Assembly: GCA_963825525.1 (NCBI GenBank)
Contig: CAWGTN010000002.1
Coordinates: 64,001 to 128,000 of the forward strand
Length of the DNA stretch: 64,000 nt
Reading direction: 5' to 3'
DNA from: an uncultured Chloroflexia bacterium
GTDB taxonomy: Bacteria; Chloroflexota; Limnocylindria; QHBO01
The translations under genes and the position numbers were made by a program. Shown here one piece after another: positions 43,216 to 53,577 of this stretch (positions within the stretch are counted from its first letter, which is position 1; every line of letters begins with the position of its first letter). Below the pieces are notes generated by a model that was not told where the DNA came from, ran no database searches, and was given only the letters and a program-made list of their open reading frames with translations.

Positions 43216-43722
43216 ATGCATGCCACCCCCGTTCGGGCCGCGTTCGATATGTGGCCGCAGTACAACCGCCGGTTACGCGAGGTCATCGGCGGCATGTCGC
43301 CGGAGAGTCTCGCCATCCGACCGTCGCTCGATGGCTGGCCGATCTGGGCCATCGTGGGACACACCGCCGGCACCCGCGTCTACTGGCTGTGCGAGGTTGC
43401 CGGCGAGCCGGGTGCCCAGACGACGCCGTTCACGGACTTCGAGACCGGCTGGGAGGACGACCTCGAGCACCCCCGCAGCGCCGATGAGCTCGTCGCTGCC
43501 CTCGACTCGACGTTCGCCATCATCGAGGGCGTCCTCGACCGATGGACGATGGAGCAGCTCGCCGAGACGGTGGAGCGCACGTACGAGGCGAGCACGCAGG
43601 TCCATTCCCGAGGATCGATTCTTCAGCGACTGTTCAGCCACGAGGCGTACCACTGCGGAGAGCTGTCACAGACGCTGGGAATCCACGGGCTGGAACAGAT
43701 CGACCTTTGGCGGCCCGACTGA
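43216..43722 (+). CDS. DinB family protein
   Basis: WAIVGH, SHEAYHCGE; TAGGGT lies 6 nt before the ATG. Confidence 0.88.
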   Translation: MHATPVRAAFDMWPQYNRRLREVIGGMSPESLAIRPSLDGWPIWAIVGHTAGTRVYWLCEVAGEPGAQTTPFTDFETGWEDDLEHPRSADELVAALDSTFAIIEGVLDRWTMEQLAETVERTYEASTQVHSRGSILQRLFSHEAYHCGELSQTLGIHGLEQIDLWRPD

Positions 43723-43733
43723 GGGATTGCGCC

Positions 43734-44354
43734 TCAGAAGTCGATGCGCATCACGGCGCGGCGCTTGCCCGGGCGGCTGACCTCGGTCATGCCCGCCGCC
43801 TCGAAGATGCTCTCGGCGCCGACGTGGATCTCGTCCCAGGTGATCTCGCCGGCGGACTTCAGCATCGGGTAGGCCTCCAGCGCGTGGGCACCGTGTGACC
43901 GGGCGTGCTCGACCGCCGCGCGTGCCAGTCCGTAGGCGATTCCCTGGCGTCGGTGGCCGGCGCGGACGAAGACGCAGGTCACGGCCCAGACGCTGTCATC
44001 GGCCTTATCCTCGTTCCGGCCCTCCCACGGGGTGCGGTAGACCCGGAGCAGGCCCTCGTACGCCGGGCGTGGCTCCACGGCGCACCACCCGACCGGGTCG
44101 TCCCCGATGTAGGCCACGAGACCCGTCGTTGTGGAGGCATTCGGATTGCCGGCGTTCGTCTGCTCCCGCAACCGGAGTGCGCGCTCCTCGGCGGGGAAGG
44201 AGCGGAACGACTCGCGGGGTGCGAGCTTGTATCGCTGGCACCAGCACATCGCGGCCGACCCGCGCGAGCCGAAGATAGCCTGGATGTCCTGCCAGGAGGC
44301 CTGGTTCGCCGGCCGGACGACGAGCTCGGCGCCCGGATCAGTCTCATTCGTCAC
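43734..44354 (-). CDS. GNAT family N-acetyltransferase
   Basis: CWCQ, PVGWCAVEPR, WAVTCVFV..HRRQG, LEAYP; paralog of 36757-37347. Confidence 0.9.
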   Translation of the reverse strand: MTNETDPGAELVVRPANQASWQDIQAIFGSRGSAAMCWCQRYKLAPRESFRSFPAEERALRLREQTNAGNPNASTTTGLVAYIGDDPVGWCAVEPRPAYEGLLRVYRTPWEGRNEDKADDSVWAVTCVFVRAGHRRQGIAYGLARAAVEHARSHGAHALEAYPMLKSAGEITWDEIHVGAESIFEAAGMTEVSRPGKRRAVMRIDF

Positions 44355-44664
44355 GCGGCGAGGGTACCGAACCTGGGGGCGAAACTCACGGGTCACCGCG
44401 CGGGTCCATCGCATTCCGTGGGATTGTCAATTGCCCGTTCTGGCGACGCTAGCCGAGGTCACGTCCGCGCTCGCACGTGTGAGGCGCAGGTTTACGCAGG
44501 TTCGCCGGTGAAATCGGCGCCTTGCGTCGCCAGGATGGACACATGACAACTGCCCCGGACGATCCGAGCTGAATCCGCACCTAATGTCGTCAGGGCAGGC
44601 ATCTGACGACCGCCGCTCGCAACCGGGCGACGCGTATGCTCGTGCCTCGCACTGGAGCCTGTAG

Positions 44665-45477
44665 GTGGCCAACGAGTCGCTCCTTCCCCTGCGCGACGTG
44701 AAGCGGCATCTCCGAGTACTCGGCGAGCGTTTCGTGGGGATGCGCGAGATCCCGACCGACGCGATCGTGGGTTCGGTCGACCGCTCCGTGGACTTCGACC
44801 GGTTCTTCCGAACCCGCCGCCGCGACCTGAAGAAGCGCATCGATGGACTGCGCGAGGCGTTCGGCGACCGGCCGATGCCGCCGATCACCGTCTACGAGGC
44901 CGGAGGGCTGTACTTCGTGGTCGACGGCCACCACCGCGTGGCGCTCGCGCGGCAACAGGGCGCCACACTCATGGATGCCGAGGTCACGCAGATCGAGACA
45001 TCGCATCGGCTGCACCCCGACGTGGACATCCTGGAGCTGATTCACACCGAGCAGCATCGGCGCTTCAAGGATCGGACGGGCCTGCACGACGTGGCGCCCG
45101 ATGCGGTCGTGGAGTTCTCGCGGCCGCTCGGCTACGGCGAGCTGCTGCAGGTCATCGAGGCGCACGCGTACGAGCTCAGCCAGGGGCGGGGGAGCCTGGT
45201 GCCGATCGGAGAGGCGACGCGTGACTGGTACGACACCAGCTGGCTGCCAGCTCTCGAGGCCATCGAATCGAGCGGACTCCGCACCGCGTACGACTTCAAG
45301 ACCGATGGGGACCGATACCTGTGGACATACCGCAAGCTCCAGGAGCTGCGTGCTGCCGACCCGGTCGCCACCTGGGAGACTGCTGCCGCTGCCCTCGCGC
45401 GCCTACCGGTGGCGCGCGGCCACCGTCGCGAGACCCTCGCGATGCGGCGCGAGCCGCTTCCGACGCGCCGCTCCTAG
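44665..45477 (+). CDS. ParB/Srx-like N-terminal domain protein (DUF4032-like C-terminus)
   Basis: IVGSVDR..DFDR.F, PPITVY....YFVVDGHHRV. Confidence 0.8.
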   Translation: MANESLLPLRDVKRHLRVLGERFVGMREIPTDAIVGSVDRSVDFDRFFRTRRRDLKKRIDGLREAFGDRPMPPITVYEAGGLYFVVDGHHRVALARQQGATLMDAEVTQIETSHRLHPDVDILELIHTEQHRRFKDRTGLHDVAPDAVVEFSRPLGYGELLQVIEAHAYELSQGRGSLVPIGEATRDWYDTSWLPALEAIESSGLRTAYDFKTDGDRYLWTYRKLQELRAADPVATWETAAAALARLPVARGHRRETLAMRREPLPTRRS

Positions 45478-45492
45478 GGCGAAGGCCATCGA

Positions 45493-46299
45493 TCAGCTCG
45501 GAAGCAGCTCCTTCATCTGGTTCGCGATGAACCCAGCCGCGCGGCGAGGGCTCAAGCGGTAGATGCGGTCCATGAACGTGGCGTCGCTGCCGACCATCAC
45601 GCGGTAGGCGTCCTTCTCCATTCCGTCCAGGATGATCCGGGCGGCTTTGTCGGCGGGCAGCGCCCGGCTGGCCATCTTCTCCGCATCGGCTCCGGTGATG
45701 GGAACGTCGACCCCGGAGTTGGCGGTGATGTTCGTGGCGACCGCGCCCGGGAAGACGACAGTGACGTGGACACCCGTCCCGCGGCACTCCGAGTGCAGGC
45801 CCTCGGTCAGCAGCTTCACCGCGGCCTTCGACGCGCCGTAGACCGTCTGCCCTGGGACCGGCAGAAAGCCACCCATGCTCGACACGTTCACGATGTGGCC
45901 CTCTGGTCGCGCAAGCAGGACCGGCAGGAACGTCTTCGTGAAGTAGAGCGTGCCAAGCCAATTGATCGTGAAGACACGGTCGATGGCGTCGTAGTCGAGA
46001 TCCTTGAGCCGGACGAAGGGCTGGATGATCCCGGCGCAATGGATAAGTCCGTCGACGGCACCGTGGTGAGCGATCACCGCGTCGGGGAGTGCCTCGACTG
46101 CCGGCCGGTCGGCAACGTTGATCTCATGCGTCGACAAGCGCTCGCCGGCCGCCGCGAGCTGTGCCGTTTCGACCAGCGTGACGGGGTTGATGTCGCAGGC
46201 AGCGACGCGCGCGCCTCGGCGCAGCGCTTCCAGCGCAACTTCGCGCCCGATGCCGCTCCCGGCGCCCGTCACGACAAGGACCCTGTTTGCGATCTTCAT
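45493..46299 (-). CDS. SDR family oxidoreductase
   Basis: TGAGSGIG, NVSS, YGASK. Confidence 0.93.
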   Translation of the reverse strand: MKIANRVLVVTGAGSGIGREVALEALRRGARVAACDINPVTLVETAQLAAAGERLSTHEINVADRPAVEALPDAVIAHHGAVDGLIHCAGIIQPFVRLKDLDYDAIDRVFTINWLGTLYFTKTFLPVLLARPEGHIVNVSSMGGFLPVPGQTVYGASKAAVKLLTEGLHSECRGTGVHVTVVFPGAVATNITANSGVDVPITGADAEKMASRALPADKAARIILDGMEKDAYRVMVGSDATFMDRIYRLSPRRAAGFIANQMKELLPS

Positions 46300-46439
46300 C
46301 GGAACCTCCTGCACCCAACCTACGACCATGGGCTGTCCGGGGGATGGGCCGTTCGGCCCGTTCGCTCGGGCTGCCACGACGGCGGAGCCAACGGCGATCT
46401 ACAGGGCCTGCGCCGTTGTCAGTTGAGGCACGGGGAAGG

Positions 46440-47318
46440 CTAGCCGAGCACCTCGCGCAGCGTCGCGGCGAATTCGTCCGGCTTCCCGACCTGGCCGTAC
46501 TCGCCGCCCATGAACGCACCGTGATCGCCAGGGAACGTCACCGGCTCGGTGCCCAGACGCTCGGCGACCGCCCGGCCGCCGCGAGCCGCCAGCTGCTCGC
46601 CTGACTCCGCGCCGACGCCGATGACGATCCGCGTCGAAGCCGACAGGATTGCCTCGAAGTCGGGCTCGTAGCGCGGCAGCGTCATCATGTTCTGGCCCAG
46701 CAGCGGATCTGAGCGATCCCCGTTGTCATCGGCCGGCATCCCGAACATGGCCGGGTCAGGGCCGGGCTGCGCTGCCGATTCAGCGGTGAATTCGCCGGGA
46801 TGGCTGGTCACGGCGATGAAGTGCGCCATGCCTGCGCCCCAGCCGCTGCGCTGGTAGGTCTCGTGGACCGCGCGCATCACGCTCATCACGTGCTCGCGGT
46901 CGGGCAGCACAGAGGCAAGAGGCGGTTCGTGAGCGACGAGCGTCCGCACATCCCCAGGATGCTTCGCCACCAGGGCCAGCGCATTCACGGCACCGCCGCT
47001 GCTCGCGAACAGGTCGACCGGCCCGCCGCCGATCTCCTGGATGATGCGATGCACGTCGTCGGCGTGGATCTCAGGCGGTGACGAATCCATCGGGTCCGCC
47101 TTTACGCTCCGCTCGGACCCCCGCGGGTCATACGTGATCACGGTGCGGTCGGTGAAGTGGCCGGCCAGCGTCGGGAATCCCGACGCGCCCATGGGCGAGC
47201 CGATGATGAAGAGCGGCGGTTCGGTCGAATCCTCGACGCGCCGCACGTCGTAGGCGAGCGTTGCGCCGGCGACCTCGAGCGTCGTCGCCTCCGGTTCGAT
47301 GACGGTTGGGGCGGACAT
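46440..47318 (-). CDS. Alpha/beta hydrolase
   Basis: TYDPRG, FASSGGA, VAHEPP, FPGDHG; GGAG RBS. Confidence 0.9.
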   Translation of the reverse strand: MSAPTVIEPEATTLEVAGATLAYDVRRVEDSTEPPLFIIGSPMGASGFPTLAGHFTDRTVITYDPRGSERSVKADPMDSSPPEIHADDVHRIIQEIGGGPVDLFASSGGAVNALALVAKHPGDVRTLVAHEPPLASVLPDREHVMSVMRAVHETYQRSGWGAGMAHFIAVTSHPGEFTAESAAQPGPDPAMFGMPADDNGDRSDPLLGQNMMTLPRYEPDFEAILSASTRIVIGVGAESGEQLAARGGRAVAERLGTEPVTFPGDHGAFMGGEYGQVGKPDEFAATLREVLG

Positions 47319-47395
47319 GGTCGTCTCCATTCGTGGACTGGGAGTGCTTGAATTGGACGAGATCGGGCCACCAGGCCCACCATTCGCGGCGCAGA

Positions 47396-47902
47396 TCAGT
47401 GCGGGGCGACGACGTCCTCCGCCAGGATGGCGTCGATCTGGCCAACGGCCTGGGTGAGCCCATCCTCCATGCCCATGGCCAGGATCTGCTCCATGGCCTC
47501 GGCGCTCGGGAAGATGCTCTCGATCGACATCCGGGTGCGACCGTCGCCGATATCCTCGATCGTGACCCGGCCTTCGTTCCGGGGGAGGGAATCGTTCGGC
47601 GTGCCGTCGTCGTTGGCAAAGCCATCGCGGAAGGTCAGCAGGCGCGGGGGATTCGTGTCGAGGACCTCCCAGTAGCCGTGCACTTCGTCGCCCTCGGGTC
47701 CGGTCATGTGGTACGCCACGTGACTTCCCGGCGCGAGATCGTGCTCGGTGAAGGTGGCGGGGTAAGTGGGTGGTCCCCACCAGCGCTCGAGCTGGCGCGG
47801 ATCGGCCCAAAGCTGCCAGACGCGGTCGGCGGTGGCGTCGAACTCGGCCTCCAGGGTCATGGTCAGCGTCTGCGGGTCCTTGCGGACGGCGGTCACGGTC
47901 AT
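47396..47902 (-). CDS. SRPBCC/AHSA1 domain protein
   Basis: RVWQLWADP..LERWWGP, MTGPEG, GMEDG. Confidence 0.92.
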   Translation of the reverse strand: MTVTAVRKDPQTLTMTLEAEFDATADRVWQLWADPRQLERWWGPPTYPATFTEHDLAPGSHVAYHMTGPEGDEVHGYWEVLDTNPPRLLTFRDGFANDDGTPNDSLPRNEGRVTIEDIGDGRTRMSIESIFPSAEAMEQILAMGMEDGLTQAVGQIDAILAEDVVAPH

Positions 47903-48237
47903 GGGTGGGTCTCCTTCCCCTCTGCGACGAGCTCAGTCATACGGTCGACCCGACCGCGCCATAGCTCCTCGTACCGGTCGAGCAGGCGGCGCGCGACGCG
48001 CAGCCCGTCGAGATTGGTGCGGACGACCTTCCGTCGCCCGATGCGGACCTTGGTGACGAGCCCCGCCCGCTCCAGGATCGCGACGTGCTTCTGCACAGCC
48101 GCGAAGCTCATGGGGTAGTGGCCGGCCAGCTCGGCGATGCCTTCCTCGGCGTCGATCGCGCGGCGCACGATGTCCCGGCGGGTATGGTCCGCCAGGGCAC
48201 CGAACATGCGGTCGAAGTCGGGAGGTGCGATCTGCAT
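47899..48237 (-). CDS. ArsR/SmtB family transcriptional regulator
   Basis: FGALADHTRR, MSFAAVQKHVAILERAGLV; ATGA coupling with the SRPBCC gene. Confidence 0.92.
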   Translation of the reverse strand: MQIAPPDFDRMFGALADHTRRDIVRRAIDAEEGIAELAGHYPMSFAAVQKHVAILERAGLVTKVRIGRRKVVRTNLDGLRVARRLLDRYEELWRGRVDRMTELVAEGKETHP

Positions 48238-48240
48238 GAA

Positions 48241-48272
48241 ACAACCATACGGTTGTATCACGGGGGTGTCAA
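48241..48272 (-). promoter_or_regulatory. Consensus sigma70 promoter with ArsR operator; leaderless start
   Basis: TTGACA-N17-TATGGT-N6-ATG; palindrome ACAACC-ATAC-GGTTGT at 48241-48256. Confidence 0.85.
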
Positions 48273-48485
48273 GTGGCGGGGCATTGCACGGGGCGGCGGA
48301 TATGACCCCCAAGTCTTAGCGTTGACGCGATCACGATTCCCCTAGTTGCGCGAAGCCATCGTTGCGCGCCCGGAGTGGCTGATATGGTCGTGCTGAGAAA
48401 TGGATATTCGGTCGAACCCCTATCAGCTGTCGCTCACCGTGCCGCATCTCGCCGCGCTTTCGGCGCAAGCGACGGACGGTGGCGC

Positions 48486-49481
48486 ATGAAGGCAGCCCTC
48501 AAATTCCGATACGGCCCGCCCGACGTGGTCGAGATCAATGAGATCGACGTCCCGGTGCCGTCCGAGGGCCAGGTCCTCATCCGCGTTCGCGCCGCATCGG
48601 TCAACCGCGCCGACCTGGACGTCATGAAGCCCAAGCCCAGCTTCACCCGGCTGTTCATGGGTCTTCGCGCGCCTCGCGACCACGGAGTCGGGCTGGATGC
48701 CGCGGGCGTGGTCGAATCCGTCGGCGCGGGCGTCACCCGCATCAGGCCCGGCGACAACGTCTTCACGGACATGTTCGCGTCAGGTCGCAGCGGCGGGGCA
48801 CTCGCGGAGTACGTCTGCGCTCGCGAGAAGGCCGTGCAGGTGATCCCGCCCGGCATGTCGTTCGAGGAGGCCGCGACGCTGCCGCATTCGGCGATTCTCG
48901 CCATTCAGGGCCTCCGACTCAGCAATGGTCGGACAATCCAGCCGGGCGACAAGGTGTTGATCGACGGCGCGTCGGGCAACGTTGGACCGTTCGCCGTCCA
49001 GATCGCGAAGGCGATGGGCGCTGAGGTCACCGGCGTCGCCAGCGGCGACAAGCTGGACTTCGTCCGTTCCATCGGCGCCGATCACGTGCTCGACTACACC
49101 AAGGTCGACTACACGAAGGCCGATGCGCGCTACGACTGGATCGCGGCCGTCGACTCGCATCACTCGATCCGCGCCGTACGGCGCGCGCTGCGGCCGAATG
49201 GCGTGTACGTCACGATGGGCGGCGAGACGGGAAGCATCCTGGCTGCGATGGTAGGCGGGCTGCTCGTCTCGAGGTTCAGCGACCGCTGGAGCGGCTTGCT
49301 GCTGTGGTGGAAGCCGATGCACGGGCCGGACGTCGAAACCTTGAAGGAGCTCATCGCGGCCGGAACGCTCAAGCCCTTCATCGACCGCCGCATGCCGCTG
49401 TCCGAGATCGTCGCCGCGCTGCGCTACGTCGAAGAGGGCCGAGCCACGGGCAAGGTCGTGATCACCTTCGATCGGCCCTAG
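48486..49481 (+). CDS. NAD(P)-dependent MDR/quinone oxidoreductase-like dehydrogenase
   Basis: YGPPDV, AASVNRAD, GASGNVG..AVQIAK, GKVVI. Confidence 0.9.
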   Translation: MKAALKFRYGPPDVVEINEIDVPVPSEGQVLIRVRAASVNRADLDVMKPKPSFTRLFMGLRAPRDHGVGLDAAGVVESVGAGVTRIRPGDNVFTDMFASGRSGGALAEYVCAREKAVQVIPPGMSFEEAATLPHSAILAIQGLRLSNGRTIQPGDKVLIDGASGNVGPFAVQIAKAMGAEVTGVASGDKLDFVRSIGADHVLDYTKVDYTKADARYDWIAAVDSHHSIRAVRRALRPNGVYVTMGGETGSILAAMVGGLLVSRFSDRWSGLLLWWKPMHGPDVETLKELIAAGTLKPFIDRRMPLSEIVAALRYVEEGRATGKVVITFDRP

Positions 49482-49488
49482 CGCCGCC

Positions 49489-50498
49489 ATGCGCCTCACG
49501 CGAGAGCAGATCCTTGCGTTCCGGCGGCGCGCCCAGGCGCTCGATCGGCGACTGCCGGCCGGCGGTGATCCATCCGACGTGCGGCCCGCGCCGGACTGCA
49601 GGACAGCATGCCGAGGGCTGCGCTGCTGTCGCTGCATGCCCGAGTTGCGCGTGTTGAGGCAACCAGCTGGGAGGATCCCGCGCTCGTTCAGGTCTGGGGT
49701 CCGCGGTACAGCGCCTACGCCGTCGCGCGAGAGGACATCGGCGTCTTCACGCTCGGAAGGCTCCCCGCCGATGCGCGCGGGCAGCAGCGCGCCACGGAGT
49801 TAGCGGATCGCGTCGACGCATTCCTGGACGGCAGGAGGCTCCCCGCTACGGAAATCGGGCGGGGGCTCAAGATCCATCCGAGCGCGCAGCGCTACGCGGC
49901 GCCCACGGGCCGCATCCTCATCCGATGGGACGGCGCCCGCCAGCCGACGGTATGGACCGTGCCGGCACCCGAGATGGAGCCAGAAATGGCCCGTCTCGAG
50001 CTCGCGCGTCGCCACCTCAGCTTCTTCGGCCCTTCGACGCCGTCGAGCTTCGCGACGTGGGCCGGTATCAAGCCACCCGTCGGTCGGGCTGCCTTCGAAG
50101 GGTTGGCTGGAGAACTCGCGGCCGTTCGCACGCCGCTCGGGGACGCATGGATGCTTGCCGCTGACGAGCCATCCATGCACGCCCGTTCGGGGCCCGAGGC
50201 TCCGGCGCGCCTGCTGCCGAGCGGCGATGTGTACTACCTGCTTCAGGGGACGGATCGTGAGCTGCTCATCCCCGAGGCGGATCGGCGCGCGCGGCTCTGG
50301 ACGTCTCGGGTCTGGCCAGGGGCGGTGCTCGTCGGTGGCGAGATCATCGGGACGTGGCGGCGAGCGGAGGCGACCGTCACGGTCGATGCCTGGCGCCGTC
50401 TCTCAAACGCCGAGCGAGAGGCTGTGGAGTCCGAGGCAGCGGGGCTGCCGCTGCCCGGCCTGAAGAGCGCGATCCAGGTGCGCTGGGTCGGCGGCTGA
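49489..50498 (+). CDS. AlkZ/YcaQ-like DNA glycosylase (HTH_42), with apparent frameshift near 49570-49590
   Basis: MRLTREQILAFRRRAQAL joins GLQDS(MPRAALLSLHAR), QxD-like motif; FGPST, RLLP..D.Y, GEIIGTW. Confidence 0.78.
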
Positions 50499-50590
50499 GT
50501 CGCTGGGCCGCGTCGGCCGCCCGACGATTCGGACCGACCGCTGTCTGGTTCGGTAGCATTCCCGGATCACAAACCCGCAGGGGGATCCAC

Positions 50591-51082
50591 ATGCACGCCG
50601 ACAACGTCCGCTGGCTGTTCGACTACGACCGTTGGGCCACCCGCGGGATACTGACCGCACTCGACGGGGTCGACGCCGCCCTGTGGGAGCAGCCGAACGC
50701 CGTTGGCGAACGCGGACTGGGAGGTATCCTCGTGCACCACCTGGGTGCATCGCAGCGCTGGCGTGTCGGCCTACAGAGCCGCGGCGCGGACGAGGGGCCC
50801 GCGCCGGAAAACGAACCGTTGCCGGCGGTGCGCGAGCTGATCGATCGCTGGGAGGCGGAGTGGAGCGAGGTCGATGCCTGGCTGCCGACCCTCACCGACG
50901 AGTTCGTCGCGTTCGTGTTCGACGGGGTTCCCGTGTGGCAGATGCTCGTACATGTCGTCAATCACGGCACGCAGCATCGGGCCGAAGCCGCCGCCCTGCT
51001 CACCGCAGACGGTCGATCGCCGGGTGAGCTGGACATGATCAACTACGCGGAGGATCTGGCCGGTCGAGAGGTCCCCGGATGA
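50591..51082 (+). CDS. DinB family protein
   Basis: LFDYDRWAT, ILVHHL, HVVNHGTQHRAE. Confidence 0.92.
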   Translation: MHADNVRWLFDYDRWATRGILTALDGVDAALWEQPNAVGERGLGGILVHHLGASQRWRVGLQSRGADEGPAPENEPLPAVRELIDRWEAEWSEVDAWLPTLTDEFVAFVFDGVPVWQMLVHVVNHGTQHRAEAAALLTADGRSPGELDMINYAEDLAGREVPG

Positions 51083-52020
51083 ACGTCATGGAGTGGCTGC
51101 TGGACTCCGATCCATCAATTCGCTGGCAGGTGATGCAGGCCCTGGAGGACGCCCCCTCAGACGTGGTTGATACCGAGCGGGCAAAGGTCGCGACGACCGG
51201 CTGGGGACAGGAGCTGCTGGCCCGCCAGGCGCCCGACGGTCATTGGGGAGGCCAGGCCGATGCCACCTCCTGGACCACGAGCCGCGAGTGGCATTGCCTC
51301 GAGTCTCTCGCGTGGCTGCGATCGATGGGTCTCGACCCGCACAGTCCCCAGGCGCGCAGGGCAACCGACCTGGTCCGCGACAACGTGACGTGGAAATGGT
51401 GGGACGACCATCCGTTCTTCGTCGGGGAAGTCGAGCCGTGCATCAACGGGCGCGTGGTCGCGACCGGCGCCTACTTCGGCCAGGACGTTGGGGGCCTCGT
51501 CGATCGGCTGCTGGGCGAGCAGATGGCTGATGGCGGCTGGAACTGCGAACAGGAGAACGGAGCGACGGTTGGCTCGTTCGGCACCACGATCAACGTGCTG
51601 GAGGGCCTGCTCGAGCACGATCGGGCGACCGGTGGCACCCCCGAGCTGGCGGTCGCCCAGGAGCGCGGACGCGAGTACCTGCTCGAGCGAGGCCTGATGC
51701 GTCGCCGCACCACCGGGGAGATCATCGATCCTGCGTTCACCCGATTCTCGTTCCCGAACGGATGGCACTACGACGTCCTTCGGGCCCTCGACTACCTCCG
51801 TGCCGCCGATGTCGAGCCGGACGATCGGCTCCACGAGGCCATCGAGCTTGTCGAGTCGAAACGGGACGCCGACGGACGTTGGCCGCTCGAGAATCCCCAC
51901 CCAGAGCAGCTCGAGATCGAGATGGGGGAACGCGAAGGTCAGCCAAGCCGATGGAACACGCTGCGCGCGATGCGTGTCCTGCGCTGGTATCGGCAGCTGT
52001 CGAGCGGCGCCGAGCACTGA
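51079..52020 (+). CDS. Conserved protein with prenyltransferase/squalene-cyclase-like repeats
   Basis: WLLDSDPSIRWQV, EPCING, QMADGGWNC, WHYDVLRAL, SRWNTLRA. Confidence 0.8.
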   Translation: MNVMEWLLDSDPSIRWQVMQALEDAPSDVVDTERAKVATTGWGQELLARQAPDGHWGGQADATSWTTSREWHCLESLAWLRSMGLDPHSPQARRATDLVRDNVTWKWWDDHPFFVGEVEPCINGRVVATGAYFGQDVGGLVDRLLGEQMADGGWNCEQENGATVGSFGTTINVLEGLLEHDRATGGTPELAVAQERGREYLLERGLMRRRTTGEIIDPAFTRFSFPNGWHYDVLRALDYLRAADVEPDDRLHEAIELVESKRDADGRWPLENPHPEQLEIEMGEREGQPSRWNTLRAMRVLRWYRQLSSGAEH

Positions 52021-52027
52021 GGCGGGC

Positions 52028-52990
52028 TCAGGGTCCGTTGTGCTGCCCGAACTCCGCGACGGTGGCCTCCACTGTCGACACGAAGCGGTGCACGAGGGGG
52101 TCAGCGTCGGCCGGCCACGCCAGCAGGACCTCGCCAGGCTCGACGTCGACGATGGGAACCATGACGATCTCCGACGGCAGATATTCGGCGGCCAGCGTCG
52201 GCAGGGTGTAGCCGATTGCGCGGCCCGCGCGAACCACGGGCACCCACTCGACCCCGGAGCGGACCTCGGGACCGGTCGACGGCTCACCAAGCGGATGCTG
52301 GAACCAGAATCGGGTCCATGCGCTGTCCGCGATTGGCACGCGCAGCCACGGGATGCCGGCAAGGTCCTGCGCAACCAACTGCCTGCGACGCGCCAGCGGG
52401 TGGTCGGCCGGCAACAGCACGTGACGCGGTTCCCGCAGAATCGTGAGTGATTCGAGCCCCGCGATGGTCAACGGCCCGAGGACGATGCCAACCTGGCTCG
52501 TCGAGCTCGCGACGCCTGCTGTCGGGTCCGCGTGGTCATACCCGACGACATGGACGTCCACGCCCGGCGACGTCTCGGTGAAACGGTTGATCGCTTCGCG
52601 GACGACCGGGGCGTTGTGAACCGCCATCGCCACGCCGATGACCAGGCGACCTTCCATGCCCGCCGCCGCCTGCCGTACCGCGTCGAGGGCATCGGCGACG
52701 TCACCCAGGATCTGCTGCGCCGCTGGAACGAACACTTCGCCGGCCCCGGTGAGCGCCACGTGCCGCGTGCTTCGCGAGAAGAGGCGGACGTCGAGCGCGA
52801 GCTCCAGGTCGCGGATGCCCGCACTGAGCGCCTGTTGCGCCACGTGGAGCCGTGCTGCCGCCCGGGTGAAGTTCAGCTCCTCGGCTGTCGCGAGGAAGTA
52901 CCGGAGATGCCTGAGGTCGAACGCAGGCTCGACCTCGACCGCCACGCGGCGTCCGGGAGGCGTGTTCCGCGCGTCAGAATCGGACTGCAA
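52028..52990 (-). CDS. LysR family transcriptional regulator
   Basis: LRHLRYFLATAEELNFTRAA.RLHVAQQALS..IRDLE; start uncertain. Confidence 0.92.
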   Translation of the reverse strand: MQSDSDARNTPPGRRVAVEVEPAFDLRHLRYFLATAEELNFTRAAARLHVAQQALSAGIRDLELALDVRLFSRSTRHVALTGAGEVFVPAAQQILGDVADALDAVRQAAAGMEGRLVIGVAMAVHNAPVVREAINRFTETSPGVDVHVVGYDHADPTAGVASSTSQVGIVLGPLTIAGLESLTILREPRHVLLPADHPLARRRQLVAQDLAGIPWLRVPIADSAWTRFWFQHPLGEPSTGPEVRSGVEWVPVVRAGRAIGYTLPTLAAEYLPSEIVMVPIVDVEPGEVLLAWPADADPLVHRFVSTVEATVAEFGQHNGP

Positions 52991-53169
52991 GGTTCCCTCG
53001 CCTTCGGTGGCCTCGGCGCGCTGTGATTGTGACGGTCCGTCTCTCCGTCCACAACCGGGGATTGTGACCTCAGCCTGACTCGATGTTTCCGCGCGGCCGC
53101 GGTGCGAGGGACACTTCGCGACAACCCCGGACGCCTCCGGTCACAAATCGCCAAGTGGGACTCACGATC

Positions 53170-53562
53170 ATGAAACGACCCATCCGCGCCGTCGTCTACG
53201 GCTTTGCCATCTGGTGGCTGTGGTTCGGCTTTGTCGGGCTGTCGCAGCTGCTGCCCGATACCACCAGGGCACTGCCAGCCTTCGCGCTCCTGCGCCTCCT
53301 CGTCCTGGTGCTGCTCGTCGTCGCGTTCGCCGTCGACTACCTCCGCCGAGTCGAGCGCAGCGGATTCGCGGAAGGCCTCGTGGTCGGGGTGCTGTGGATG
53401 GCGCTGATGGTCGCCAACGACATCGGCCATTTCCTCGTCATGGGCGCCGTCTTCGACGTCGGCGTCTACTTCTCGCAGGCGGCCCCGTTGTACGCCTTCA
53501 TCCCGCTGATGACGATCACGATGTTCACCCGTCTCATGACATCGGAGCCGAGCGCCGTCTGA
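53170..53562 (+). CDS. Four-TM membrane protein divergent from LysR
   Basis: Hydrophobic helices; typical LysR target arrangement. Confidence 0.7.
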   Translation: MKRPIRAVVYGFAIWWLWFGFVGLSQLLPDTTRALPAFALLRLLVLVLLVVAFAVDYLRRVERSGFAEGLVVGVLWMALMVANDIGHFLVMGAVFDVGVYFSQAAPLYAFIPLMTITMFTRLMTSEPSAV

Positions 53563-53577
53563 GCATCGGCCGACTCG

